Positions 30,156 through 39,322 of a stretch of 64,000 nt of DNA are shown one piece after another. The notes under the pieces are model-generated. The model worked only from the letters and a program-made list of their open reading frames with translations, had not been told where the DNA came from and did not search any database. The position numbers and the translations under genes are program-made. Source of the DNA: Vicinamibacterales bacterium (GTDB lineage: Bacteria; Acidobacteriota; Vicinamibacteria; Vicinamibacterales; UBA8438); the NCBI GenBank assembly GCA_965214865.1, contig CBDCCN010000004.1, positions 1,585,300 to 1,649,299 of the forward strand, in the 5' to 3' direction. Position 1 is the first letter of the stretch. The number at the start of each line of letters is the position of its first letter.

Positions 30156-30424
30156 GCTTGCGGTAAACCGGCGGCAGGATGCATCGAAGAATGGATCATT
30201 ACGCCAGATGCCGAGCAGGACCGCGGCCCCGGTCAGAACGACGGAAATGATTTCAGGCATCATGAGCCAGTGTGCCGCTGGCTTCGTCTGAGCGGTATCG
30301 GGTGGAATGGGCGCCGGGGCGACTTGGGTGCCGGTCGCTTTGACGCTGTGTCGATTTCTCACGTACGATAAGTGATTGGCTTTCGGCGTCTTGAGGGTGC
30401 CGAACCGCCTGTGCGACTGAGACG

Positions 30425-30784
30425 ATGCCGCTTTACGAATACGAGTGCAACGACTGCGAACACCGCTTCGAGCGGATTCAGAAGTTCTCCGACCCGCTGG
30501 TGTCGGCCTGTCCCGCCTGCGGCGGCGAGGTCCGCAAGCTGCTGTCGTCACCCGCCATCCAGTTCAAGGGGACCGGGTGGTACGTGACCGACTACGCGAA
30601 GAAGCCGAGCGAGGCCAAGCCGAACGGGGCGGCGGGCGGCGATGCGAAGGACGGCAGCGCGAAGGGCGCCGACGGGGAGGGCTCCGAGGCGTCGGCATCC
30701 GGGGACGCCGCGTCGTCGACGTCGAAGACCGAGTCGAGCGCCGCGAAGAAGAAGTCCGCGTCGGAGTCGGCCGCAGCGCACTGA
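30425..30784 (+). CDS. FmdB-family zinc-ribbon protein (CxxC_CxxC_SSSS) with low-complexity tail
   Basis: MPLYEYECNDCEHRFERIQKFSDPLVSACPACGG...FKGTGWY is the family signature. Confidence 0.8.
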   Translation: MPLYEYECNDCEHRFERIQKFSDPLVSACPACGGEVRKLLSSPAIQFKGTGWYVTDYAKKPSEAKPNGAAGGDAKDGSAKGADGEGSEASASGDAASSTSKTESSAAKKKSASESAAAH

Positions 30785-30803
30785 GGATCGCAGGGGGCGA
30801 CTC

Positions 30804-31694
30804 TCAGGCGCCGGTCGCAGGCACGGTCAGGCTGTCGAGCGCTTCCCGCAGCGCGGCGGCCAGGGCCGGCTGCTTCGCGGCGAAGTGGATGGTGGCCTTC
30901 AGGAATCCGCCCCGGTTGCCGGCGTCGAGCCGCGTCCCGTTCAGCGCGCAGGCATGGATCTGCCGGGTGCGCAGCAGGCGGCGCAAGCCGTCGGTCAACT
31001 GGATCTCGCCCCCCGCGCCCCGCTCCGTCGATTCGAGGGTGGGGAAGACGTCGGGCGTCAGGACGTAGCGGCCGAGGATCGCGAGGTCGGACGGCGCGTC
31101 GGCCACGTCCGGCTTCTCGACCAGGTCGGTCACGCGGAACATGCCGTCGCGTACCGGCTCGGCCGCGACGATGCCGTAGCGGTGCACGGCGGCGCGCGGC
31201 ACGCGTTCGACCAGCAGGACCGGCCCGCCGCACGCGGCGAAGACGTCGAGCATCCGGCGCAGGGCCGGCGGTTCGGCGTCGATCACGTCATCGGGCAGCA
31301 GGACCGCGAACGGCGCGTCCCCGACCGCGTCGCGGCCGCACAGCACCGCGTGGCCGAGGCCGAGCGGCTCCGGCTGGTGGACGCAGGTGACGTCGGCCAG
31401 CGCCGTCAGCGCGCGGACGGTGGCCAGCAGATCGGGCTTGCCGCGCGCCTCGAGCTCCGCCTCGAGCTGCGGGGCGGGCGTGAAGTGCGCGGCGGTCAGG
31501 GTATTGCCGGGGTTCGTCACCAGCACGATGCGGCGGACCCCGGACCGAACGGCTTCCTCGACGCCGTACTGGATGAGCGGACGGTCGACGAGGGTGAGCA
31601 GTTCCTTGGGAATCGCCTTGGTGGCCGGCAGCATCCGCGTGCCGAGGCCGGCCGCCGGCACGAGGACGCTACGGACGGCGGCGTTCGTCGGCAT
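30804..31694 (-). CDS. galU: UTP--glucose-1-phosphate uridylyltransferase
   Basis: [32 protein letters not shown] and the VEKP motif (DLVEKPDV). Confidence 0.9.
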   Translation of the reverse strand: MPTNAAVRSVLVPAAGLGTRMLPATKAIPKELLTLVDRPLIQYGVEEAVRSGVRRIVLVTNPGNTLTAAHFTPAPQLEAELEARGKPDLLATVRALTALADVTCVHQPEPLGLGHAVLCGRDAVGDAPFAVLLPDDVIDAEPPALRRMLDVFAACGGPVLLVERVPRAAVHRYGIVAAEPVRDGMFRVTDLVEKPDVADAPSDLAILGRYVLTPDVFPTLESTERGAGGEIQLTDGLRRLLRTRQIHACALNGTRLDAGNRGGFLKATIHFAAKQPALAAALREALDSLTVPATGA

Positions 31695-31726
31695 GCAGTT
31701 TCGGATCGTATCATTCGTGGTCTGTC

Positions 31727-33028
31727 ATGCTGGATCCCGCACTGCTTCGTGAAAGCCTCGACGATGTCCGCGCGCGACTCGAGACGCGCAGCGAGGACCA
31801 CAACACCGATCTCGACCGGCTGGTGAAGGCCGATGCCCGGCGCCGCGCCATCATCCCGGAGCTCGAAACCAACCGCCGGGCCCGGAAGCTGGTGGGCGAG
31901 CAGGTCGCCCGCGCCCGGAAGGCAGGCCGGGGCCGCGACGCGCTCGACGAGCTGTTGCGGGTCGGCCAGGAGCACGGCGCCGTCATCAAGGCGCTGGAGG
32001 CTCGGCTCGGATCGGTGGAAGCCGAGCGGGACGCCTGCGCCCGCACGCTGCCCAACCTGCCGCACGCGACCGTGCCGGTCGGCAGTTCCGAGGCCGACAA
32101 CGTGGAGATCCGCCGGCACGGGGACCCGACCCGCTTCGATTACGCGCCGCGGCCGCACTGGGAGCTGGGCGCGGCTCTCGGGATCCTCGACTTCGAGCGC
32201 GCCGCCCGGATGGCGGGGTCGCGCTTCGCGGTGCTGACCGGCGCCGGCGCCCGGCTGGCGCGGGCGCTCATCAACTTCATGCTCGATCTGCACACCGGCG
32301 AGCACGGCTATACCGAGGTGGAGCCGCCGTTCCTGGCCAACCAGGCCGCGCTGACCGGCACCGGCAACCTGCCGAAGTTCGAGCACGACCTGTTCAAGGT
32401 GGCCGGCGACTGGGACCTCTACCTGATCCCGACGGCGGAGGTCCCGCTGTGCAACCTGCACCGGGAGGAGATCCTCGACGGCCGCCGGCTGCCGGCGCGC
32501 TACGTCGCCTACACCCCGTGCTTCCGGAGCGAGGCGGGTTCGTACGGCAAGGACGTCCGGGGCCTGATCCGCCAGCACCAGTTCGACAAGGTGGAGCTGG
32601 TGGCCTTCGCCACGCCGGAGACGTCCTGGAACGTGCACGAGGAGCTGACCCTGCACGCCGAGGAGGTGCTGAAGCGGCTCGGCCTGCCGTACCGCACCGT
32701 GCTGCTGTGCACCGGCGACATGGGGTTCGCCGCGTCGAAGACCTACGACCTGGAGGTGTGGCTGCCGGGGCACGACGCCTACCGGGAGATCTCGTCGTGC
32801 AGCAACACGGAGGCGTTCCAGGCGCGCCGCGCCGGCATCCGCTTCCGCCGCGACGGGAAGGGGAAGCCGGAGCACCTGCACACGTTGAACGGCTCCGGCG
32901 TGGCGGTCGGCCGCGCGCTGGTGGCGATTCTGGAAAACTGCCAGCAGCGGGACGGGTCGGTGGTGGTGCCGGAGGCGCTGCGTCCGTACATGGGCGGGCT
33001 CGAACGGATCGAACCCGTACAGGGATAA
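31727..33028 (+). CDS. serS: serine--tRNA ligase
   Basis: N-terminal coiled-coil arm ([15 protein letters not shown]...) and class II motifs ([41 protein letters not shown]). Confidence 0.95.
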   Translation: MLDPALLRESLDDVRARLETRSEDHNTDLDRLVKADARRRAIIPELETNRRARKLVGEQVARARKAGRGRDALDELLRVGQEHGAVIKALEARLGSVEAERDACARTLPNLPHATVPVGSSEADNVEIRRHGDPTRFDYAPRPHWELGAALGILDFERAARMAGSRFAVLTGAGARLARALINFMLDLHTGEHGYTEVEPPFLANQAALTGTGNLPKFEHDLFKVAGDWDLYLIPTAEVPLCNLHREEILDGRRLPARYVAYTPCFRSEAGSYGKDVRGLIRQHQFDKVELVAFATPETSWNVHEELTLHAEEVLKRLGLPYRTVLLCTGDMGFAASKTYDLEVWLPGHDAYREISSCSNTEAFQARRAGIRFRRDGKGKPEHLHTLNGSGVAVGRALVAILENCQQRDGSVVVPEALRPYMGGLERIEPVQG

Positions 33029-33037
33029 TCGTCTTGC

Positions 33038-33127
33038 GGAGGGATGGCCGAGCGGTCGAAGGCGGCGGTCTTGAAAACCGTTAGCGGGGAAACCCGCTCC
33101 GGGGTTCGAATCCCCGTCCCTCCGCCA
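33038..33127 (+). tRNA. tRNA-Ser (anticodon UGA), class II with long variable arm, CCA encoded
   Basis: Hand fold: acceptor GGAGGGA/TCCCTCC, anticodon loop CTTGAAA, variable arm GCGGGGAAACCCGC, T-arm CGGGG-TTCGAAT-CCCCG, then G-CCA. Confidence 0.9.
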
Positions 33128-33149
33128 GAGCCGCCCGTTCGGGGGGCTC
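33128..33149. terminator. hairpin directly after tRNA-Ser (candidate terminator)
   Basis: GAGCCGCCC, loop GTTC, GGGGGGCTC, giving a 9-bp stem with one mismatch. There is no U-tract. It lies between convergent transcription units. Confidence 0.35.
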
Positions 33150-33162
33150 TCGGCGTGCCGGG

Positions 33163-33282
33163 TCACTCGCTCCGGGTGACGACGGACCACAGGTACACCA
33201 GCATGCCGGCGCTCACGAGTCCTGCGCCCAGACTGAGGAACAGGAAGAACGAGACCGGATGGTTCCAGAACAACGTGGCCAT
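33163..33282 (-). CDS. small hydrophobic protein (39 aa), possible accessory subunit of the cytochrome module
   Basis: MATLFWNHPVSFFLFLSLGAGLVSAGMLVYLWSVVTRSE. 35 of 39 codons end in G/C, consistent with real coding in this genome. It has one or two TM helices and sits 90 nt downstream of the NapC-like gene. An alternative ATG at 33312 is possible. No family was recognised. Confidence 0.4.
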   Translation of the reverse strand: MATLFWNHPVSFFLFLSLGAGLVSAGMLVYLWSVVTRSE

Positions 33283-33371
33283 TTCGATACCCAGTCCTGA
33301 CGCGATCAACATCCCGGACACCTGGAGGCGGCCGGCCAGTCCGTCCCGAAGTCCCGGCAGTCGTCCCCGGC

Positions 33372-33989
33372 TCACCGCGGTTCCTCCGGGTCCCAGCGCG
33401 GGAACCGGTCGAGGTGCGCCACCTCGTGCACCAGGTTGTGGCACATGACGCAGGACCGCGTCCCGTCGCGCAGGGCGGCCAGAAACGGCGCGTGGGCGGC
33501 CTGCTCCTCGTAGGATCGGCCGCCCTGATGGCAGGCCAGGCAGGCGCGGTTCTCGAACGGCTCGTACAGCGCGACGGGATCGGAGACCGTCCCCCACACG
33601 GTGTGCCACACGTGCCGGAAGCCCCGCACCTTGTCGTCGACGCCGCCGAACATCGTGTAGTTCGTATGACACGTGTAGCAGGCGCGGTCGACCGGCACCC
33701 GCCGGTTCTGGTAGTGCGCCGCCGGCAGAAACCGCGGATCGTCGATGTGCAGACTCTCCCGCCAGGGTTCCATCAAGTGACAGGAGAGGCAGAACGTCGT
33801 GGTCTGGGCCTGCTCGTAGTGCCGCGCCGCGCCGCCCAGCAGCACGAGGCCGGGCAGCACGAAGAGGGCCGCGAACGCGGCCACCTTGCCGCCGACCGTG
33901 GCCGCCGCCTCGGGCCGGCGGACCACGACCCCGATGAGCACGAGGGCGGCACTCGCGAAAACGATGAGGATGATGGTGGCGCCGGTCAT
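33372..33989 (-). CDS. NapC/NirT-family membrane-anchored tetraheme cytochrome c
   Basis: N-terminal TM segment(s) followed by four CxxCH motifs (CLSCH, CYTCH, CLACH, CVMCH). It starts 22 nt downstream of the octaheme gene. Confidence 0.85.
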   Translation of the reverse strand: MTGATIILIVFASAALVLIGVVVRRPEAAATVGGKVAAFAALFVLPGLVLLGGAARHYEQAQTTTFCLSCHLMEPWRESLHIDDPRFLPAAHYQNRRVPVDRACYTCHTNYTMFGGVDDKVRGFRHVWHTVWGTVSDPVALYEPFENRACLACHQGGRSYEEQAAHAPFLAALRDGTRSCVMCHNLVHEVAHLDRFPRWDPEEPR

Positions 33990-34010
33990 GGGCGACGTTC
34001 CGTCCGCCGG

Positions 34011-35297
34011 CTAGCGGCTCGCGCGCAGCTCCTCCGCCAGCGTCCTGATCTCGGTCAGGTCCTGCACCATCTCGCTCCAGCCGTACCACAGGGAGTAGTC
34101 GGGGTTGTTGTGGAACGCGCCCTGGAAGGTGCGCATCCGGTGCTCCAGGTGCATCCTGAACAGGCGCTGCTCGATCACCGACGGCGCGTCGTGGAACGCC
34201 AGCAGATCCGGGTAGTCGTACGCGTAGTGGTCCGGCTTGCGCAGCACCCCGTCGGTGTAGAGGGCGGCGACGATGCGGATCGCCTCGGCCAGCATGCGGT
34301 CCGCCTCGCGGATCATGTCGTCGCCCTTCGCGAGTTCCGCGCGCACGAAGTTGCCGGAGTGGCACTCTTCGCAGACCGCGATCATGCGGTCCCGCTCGCG
34401 TTGCCAGTCCTCCTGCGTCAGCCGGACGACGTCGGCCTGCTGCACGACCTCCAGGCGCGGGGTCGGATTCCCCTCGGGGTCCAGGACCCCGAGCGCCTGG
34501 AGAATGGTTGTCTGGTCGGCGGCCCACTCGGGATCCTCCGCCAGGGGCAGGCGCACGGCCAGGAATCCCCAGGCGGTCCGCACCTCGTGGTTGCCCTGCG
34601 GCATGTGGCAGGTCTGGCAGGTGGGCGCCGCGGCCTCGTCCGGGAGTGTGCCGTTCTGCTTCAGGAGGTGTCGCACGCCGTGCTTGGACGACGAGTACAT
34701 CTCCCATTGCGGGTGGTCGATCCCCATGTGGCACGTCCGGCACGCCTGCGGTTCCCGCGCCTCCTTGACGGAGAACAGGTGGCGCGTATGGCAGGCGTCG
34801 CACGAGGCCAAGCCGAACATGACGCCGTCCGCCTTCAACTGCCGAAGCTCGTCCTCGGTCTTGACTCCGAGACGGTGACACCCGCCGCAGCCTTTCATGC
34901 CCTCGGTGAGCGCCATCGGCAGCCAGTGCGTGGTCGGCATCGCGTTCATGCTGGCCCATGCCAGGGCGTGCTTGCCGCCCCCGAACTGCTCCGCCTGGAT
35001 CGGGTGGCAGCCCGCGCACGTTTCCAGGGTCGCCATCGTGACCCGGGCCACGTCCTCCGCCGAGCTGTGTCCGTCGCCGTGACACAGGACGCAATCGACG
35101 CCCGTCGCGCTGTGCCGGCTCAGCTCCCAGTCCGTGACGATGTTCGGCGTCGCCTCGCGATGACATCCGACGCAGGAAGAAGCCTCGGCCGCCTCGGGCG
35201 GGGCGTCCCGGCCCCCGCACGCGGCCAGGGCCGGCACGACGGGCAGCAGACACCAAGCGGGGATACGGCAACGACCACCGGTAGTGAAGAGCGCCAT
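34011..35297 (-). CDS. octaheme cytochrome c, hydroxylamine oxidoreductase (HAO)-like family, predicted lipoprotein
   Basis: The internal ATG at 35297 gives a signal peptide with lipobox (PALAAC). Eight CxxCH motifs are present (CVGCH, CVLCH, CAGCH, CGGCH, CDACH, CRTCH, CQTCH, CEECH). CHMGIDHPQWEMYSSSKHG and the C-terminal helical region after CEECHSGNF resemble HAO-type proteins. The upstream 117 codons of the track ORF are not coding-like. Confidence 0.75.
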   Translation of the reverse strand: MALFTTGGRCRIPAWCLLPVVPALAACGGRDAPPEAAEASSCVGCHREATPNIVTDWELSRHSATGVDCVLCHGDGHSSAEDVARVTMATLETCAGCHPIQAEQFGGGKHALAWASMNAMPTTHWLPMALTEGMKGCGGCHRLGVKTEDELRQLKADGVMFGLASCDACHTRHLFSVKEAREPQACRTCHMGIDHPQWEMYSSSKHGVRHLLKQNGTLPDEAAAPTCQTCHMPQGNHEVRTAWGFLAVRLPLAEDPEWAADQTTILQALGVLDPEGNPTPRLEVVQQADVVRLTQEDWQRERDRMIAVCEECHSGNFVRAELAKGDDMIREADRMLAEAIRIVAALYTDGVLRKPDHYAYDYPDLLAFHDAPSVIEQRLFRMHLEHRMRTFQGAFHNNPDYSLWYGWSEMVQDLTEIRTLAEELRASR

Positions 35298-35748
35298 CGG
35301 CAGCAGGTACAGCAAGTTCCATGCCGCCGGAAACCGGCATGTCCGTTCACCGGGCGCGCCGGGCGATGACAGGTCGCACGCGCGGCGCGCGCCGCCGGAC
35401 GCGAGCTGCCCGGCCCGTTCGCCGGGCGTGATTCCAGACCGGCGTCGCGCGCGCACCGTCCGCGAACTATTTCCCACGTGGCTCCAGGTTGCGGAATCGT
35501 CCGCGTGCGCGCGGAATATCCCGCACGGCGCGCCGGGCGAGCGGCTCGCCGCGGCGTAGCCGGCCCCGGCGATCCCGCGGAACAGCAGCGGGCCCTCGCG
35601 GAACAGCGGGAGGCTCTCGCGGCGAGGGACGAGATCATCGAAGCCCAACGGGCGGAGATCGAGGAGTCGAGGCGGCGGCTCGGTGGCGGTGGATAGAGCC
35701 GCGTTCGCCGGGCGCGCGGCGCGCCGGCGGCCGGCAAGCCCCCGAGGT

Positions 35749-35952
35749 TCAACTCATGAAGGAACGGACCACGAGCGTGACGATGCCGACGATGGTCGCC
35801 ACGGTGCCGCCGAGCACCATGTCGAGCTTGGTCTCGACGCGAATCAGCCTCGATTCGAACGCGGCGATCTCCTCGGCGGCGGCGCGCGCGCGTGCTTCGG
35901 ACGCGCCCGCTTCCCTGAGCGCCTCGTACGTCTCGGACAGCATGACTGCCAT
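35749..35952 (-). CDS. small tail-anchored coiled-coil protein (DUF1640-like architecture)
   Basis: MAVMLSETYEALREAGASEARARAAAEEIAAFESRLIRVETKLDMVLGGTVATIVGIVTLVV. It has an N-terminal helix, a coiled coil and a C-terminal TM segment. Start is ATG at 35952 or 35943. Confidence 0.5.
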   Translation of the reverse strand: MAVMLSETYEALREAGASEARARAAAEEIAAFESRLIRVETKLDMVLGGTVATIVGIVTLVVRSFMS

Positions 35953-36032
35953 GTGCGTCAACCCCGCCCCGGCCGCGTCGCGGCTCGCTTACCGAGATTG
36001 TACCCCGCTCGCCCTGCACCTGTTGGGCAGGC

Positions 36033-38633
36033 TCACCGGCGCGCCATGTCGCTCGACAGCCCGCCGGCGGCCGGCAGGTAGCAGAGGCGCACGTAGTCCA
36101 TCACCATGCGGTCGGCGTTGAACCGCCAGCCCAGGCTGTGGATCGCCCGCTTCATCCGCGCCGTCCAGGCGCGCGGCACGCCGTCCGGGTCGCGGTCGTA
36201 GAAGAGCGGAACGACCTCGTCGGCCAGCACCCGCAGCAATTCTTCCGCGTCGCGCCGATCGTGCGCCTCGGGAGACGTGTGCGTCTCGCCCATCCCGATG
36301 GCGAACCCGTTCGCGCCGTCGTAGGCCTCCGCCCACCAGCCGTCGAGGACCGACAGGTTCAGGCCGCCGTTCAGCAGGACCTTCTGCCCGCTCGTGCCGG
36401 ACGCCTCCTGCGGCCGGCGGGGATTGTTGAGCCAGACGTCGACCCCCTGGACGAGCTGCCGGCCGAGGCTGATGTCGTAGTCCTCCAGGAAGACCAGCTT
36501 GCCGAGGAAGCGGGAATCGCGGCTCAGCTCGTGGATCTGCCGCAGCACGCCCTTCGCCGGCTCGTCGCGCGGGTGCGCCTTGCCGGCGATCACGAACTGG
36601 ATGGGGCGCTGCGGGTCGTTGACGAGGTTCGCCAGGCGGTCCGGATCCTGCAGGAACAGCGCCGCCCGCTTGTAGGTGGCGACGCGGCGGGCGAAGCCGA
36701 TGGTCAGGGCGTCCCGGCTCAGCGCATGGGACAACTGCTCCAGGACGACGGCGGGTTCCCCGCGGCGCGCCGCCTCGCGCAGGACCCGCCGTCGCACGGC
36801 GTCGAGGAGGCGGATCTTGAGGGCCACGTGGGTCTCCCATAGCGCGCCGTCGCTGACGTTCTCGATGCCGGCCGAGATCTCCGGGAACGCGTCTTCCCGG
36901 GCGACCTCCGAGGGAAGGTGCCGGTCGTACAACTGCTGTATCTGCGGCGCCAGCCAGCTCGGCACGTGGATCCCGTTGGTGATGTGGCCGATGGGCACGT
37001 CCTCCTCCGGGCGGTCGCCCCACAGGCCGGTCCACATGTGCCGGGTGACGTTGCCGTGCAGGGACGACACGGCGTTCGCGCGGCGGGAGACCCGCAGTCC
37101 CAGCACCGTCATGCAGAACTCCTCGCCCGTGTCCTCCGGATTCACCCGCCCGAGGCTCAAGAGCCGTTCGGGGGAGATGCCGAGCGCGTCGCGCAGCGGT
37201 CCCAGGTGCTCGTCGACCAGGTCCGCCGGAAAGCTGTCGTGTCCGGCCGGCACCGGCGTGTGCGTCGTGAAGACGGTGCGCCGGGCGACCTGCCGGACCG
37301 CGGTGTCGAAATCGACGCCCTCGCGCTCCATGCGCCGGCGTATCGCCTCGAGCACCGCGAAGGCGCTGTGGCCCTCGTTCAGGTGGAAGACGCCCGGCGT
37401 GATGCCCAGCGCGTGCAGCGCCTGCAGGCCGCCGATGCCGAGCAGCAGCTCCTGCCGGATCCGGACCCGTACGTCGCCGCCGTAGAGCCGCGCCGTCAGC
37501 GCCCGGTCGTCCGGCGTATTGCCCTCGACGTCCGAATCGAGCAGCAGCAGGGTGCGCCGTCCGACGGCCGCCCGCCACACCCGGGCGCGCAGGGTCCCGC
37601 TGCGGGTCTCGATCGCCGTCACGATCGCCTCGCCGTCGGATCCCGCCGCCGGTTCCAGCGGCAGTCGGGAGACGTCCACCTCCGCGTATTCCTCCTGCTG
37701 CCAGCCGGAGGCGTCGAGCCGCTGGCGGAAGTAGCCCTGGCCGTAGAACAGGCCCACGCCGACGAGCGGGACGCCCAGATCCGAGGCGCTCTTGATGTGG
37801 TCGCCGGCCAGCACCCCCAGGCCGCCCGAGTAGATCGGCAGCGATTCGTGGATCCCGAACTCGGCCGAGAAGTACGCCACCGGCTGGCGCCGCAGCACGC
37901 CGGCGTGCGTGTCGCCCCACGTGGCGCGACGCTCGCGGTACTCCTGCAGCCGGCGGAAGGTGTGGTTGATCCGGTGGGCCAGCGCGAGGTCGCCGATGCG
38001 TTCGTCGAGATCGTCGAGGGGCATCTCCGACAGCAGCGCCACCGGGTTGCGCCCCAACTCTTCCCAGCGCGCCGGATCGAGGTCCTGGAACAGGCTCATG
38101 GCGCTGGCGTCCCAGCTCCACCACATGTTCCGCGCGAGCGCCCAGAGGCGGCGCTGGAGCGGGCCGAGGGACTGATCGCGTTCGCGCACCTGCGCGACGA
38201 TCGGACTGATCTCGCCCGCGGCCAGGAGCAGCGAGGCGATCTCGTCGTCCGAGAAGCTGCGCTCTTCGATGGTCTGTACGATCAACACGCCCTGCAGCAG
38301 TTCCCGGTCGATCAGGGGGACGCCCAGGAACGCGTAGTACGGATCCTCGCCGGTCTCCGCGAAGTGCTTGAAGCGCGGGTGCCGCTTGACGTTCGGCACC
38401 TCGATCGGCCGCAACTGCTCGGCGATCAGCCCCGCCAGACCCTCGTGGAGTTCCATCCGGACCTTGCCGACGCTCTCCGGGCGCAGGCCGACGGTGGCGG
38501 CCAGGACGAGGTGGGTGCGGTCCGATTCGAGCAGGTAGATCGAGCAGACGTCCACCCCCATCCGGGTCTGGAGCTGCCGGACGCCGACCTTCAGGGTTTC
38601 CGTCGGGTCGACGTGTCGTGTGGTCGGGTGCAT
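36033..38633 (-). CDS. glgP: alpha-glucan (glycogen/maltodextrin) phosphorylase with N-terminal GAF domain
   Basis: Residues 1 to about 165 look like a GAF domain (VCSIYLLESDRTHLVLAATVGL...FLGVPLIDRELLQGVLIVQT). A DUF3417-like WWSWDA segment follows. The GT35 core carries FHLNEGHSAF and TTHTPVPAGHD, and the PLP-lysine motif EASGTSGQKVLLNG. Confidence 0.9.
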   Translation of the reverse strand: MHPTTRHVDPTETLKVGVRQLQTRMGVDVCSIYLLESDRTHLVLAATVGLRPESVGKVRMELHEGLAGLIAEQLRPIEVPNVKRHPRFKHFAETGEDPYYAFLGVPLIDRELLQGVLIVQTIEERSFSDDEIASLLLAAGEISPIVAQVRERDQSLGPLQRRLWALARNMWWSWDASAMSLFQDLDPARWEELGRNPVALLSEMPLDDLDERIGDLALAHRINHTFRRLQEYRERRATWGDTHAGVLRRQPVAYFSAEFGIHESLPIYSGGLGVLAGDHIKSASDLGVPLVGVGLFYGQGYFRQRLDASGWQQEEYAEVDVSRLPLEPAAGSDGEAIVTAIETRSGTLRARVWRAAVGRRTLLLLDSDVEGNTPDDRALTARLYGGDVRVRIRQELLLGIGGLQALHALGITPGVFHLNEGHSAFAVLEAIRRRMEREGVDFDTAVRQVARRTVFTTHTPVPAGHDSFPADLVDEHLGPLRDALGISPERLLSLGRVNPEDTGEEFCMTVLGLRVSRRANAVSSLHGNVTRHMWTGLWGDRPEEDVPIGHITNGIHVPSWLAPQIQQLYDRHLPSEVAREDAFPEISAGIENVSDGALWETHVALKIRLLDAVRRRVLREAARRGEPAVVLEQLSHALSRDALTIGFARRVATYKRAALFLQDPDRLANLVNDPQRPIQFVIAGKAHPRDEPAKGVLRQIHELSRDSRFLGKLVFLEDYDISLGRQLVQGVDVWLNNPRRPQEASGTSGQKVLLNGGLNLSVLDGWWAEAYDGANGFAIGMGETHTSPEAHDRRDAEELLRVLADEVVPLFYDRDPDGVPRAWTARMKRAIHSLGWRFNADRMVMDYVRLCYLPAAGGLSSDMARR

Positions 38634-38866
38634 GCCTCGCGATGAGCGCCGTGGGCGGCGCCCGTGGATCGTCGTGGACCGGGAGCAGCCGCGTCAAGGC
38701 GGGCATGCGGCGGCGAGGGGGTGGCGGCGGCGCTGTTCACGGCGGCGTCGCAGGGGGCGATCGATGCGGCGGCGTCCGGGAGCCGGGCGCCGGTGACCGC
38801 CCGCCGGTTTGCGATGCGCCGGTCGGAGTTGCTACGGTAGCGATTCGCGCGCGAGAACACGATCGC

Positions 38867-39295
38867 ATGGCTGACGAGCTGCACGTCACGATTCCGGCCC
38901 GCTTGTCGGAGGTCCGCGAACTGTCGCGCCTGGTGGAGGCGTTCGGGGACGCCAACGGCCTGCCCGAACAGCAGGTCTACCTGATCAACCTGGCGCTCGA
39001 CGAGTTGATCGCCAACACGGTCAGCTACGGCCTCCGAGGGGTCGCCCGGCCGCAGATCGAGATCTCCCTGCGGGTCAGCGCCACCCGGCTGGTCCTGTCG
39101 TTCGCGGACAACGGCGCGCGGTTCGATCCGACGCGGAGCGCGAAGCCCGACGTGTCGTCACCGGTCGGCGAGCGGCCGATCGGCGGCCTGGGGCTGCATC
39201 TGGTCAAGACGTTGGCCGACCGCGTGCGGTACGAGTACGCGGACGGGAAGAACCGATTGACCCTGGAACACGATCTCACGCCGGCGGCCGGGTGA
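38867..39295 (+). CDS. anti-sigma-factor-type serine protein kinase (RsbW/SpoIIAB-like, HATPase_c_2)
   Basis: 142 aa. N-box DELIANTVSYG, G1-like FADNGARFD, and G2 GGLGLHLVKTLADRV. The internal ATG at 38867 is used. Confidence 0.8.
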   Translation: MADELHVTIPARLSEVRELSRLVEAFGDANGLPEQQVYLINLALDELIANTVSYGLRGVARPQIEISLRVSATRLVLSFADNGARFDPTRSAKPDVSSPVGERPIGGLGLHLVKTLADRVRYEYADGKNRLTLEHDLTPAAG

Positions 39296-39322
39296 CGGCC
39301 GGGCGGGCGACGAGGTGCATCG

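Noticed and set aside
29760-30551. Minus-strand ORF with a hydrophobic start (MMPEIISVVLTGAAVLLGIW) in the lower-GC uvrD/fmdB spacer
   Set aside because: The frame has no stop until it has run 400 nt antisense into uvrD. I saw no ribosome-binding site. The hydrophobic stretch is short. It is more likely non-coding promoter or spacer DNA.
33163-35340. 725-aa minus-strand ORF overlapping the cytochrome genes in another frame
   Set aside because: Only its last roughly 39 codons look like coding sequence (hydrophobic, GC3-rich). The rest overlaps the clearly real multiheme genes out of frame.
35478-35696. 72-aa plus-strand ORF with a coiled-coil-looking tail (EQQRALAEQREALAARDEIIEAQRAEIEESRRRL) in the 450-bp gap upstream of the HAO-like gene
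   Set aside because: It starts at GTG with no Shine-Dalgarno site. Its first half has poor GC3 and an Arg/Gly-rich composition, and it is a lone plus-strand ORF between minus-strand genes. It cannot be supported without homology or expression data. The gap may simply hold the hao promoter.
33038-35961. Idea that the HAO/NapC module is a genomic island integrated at tRNA-Ser
   Set aside because: I found no integrase, no recognisable direct repeat of the tRNA 3' end, and no obvious GC-content shift. The adjacency alone is not evidence.
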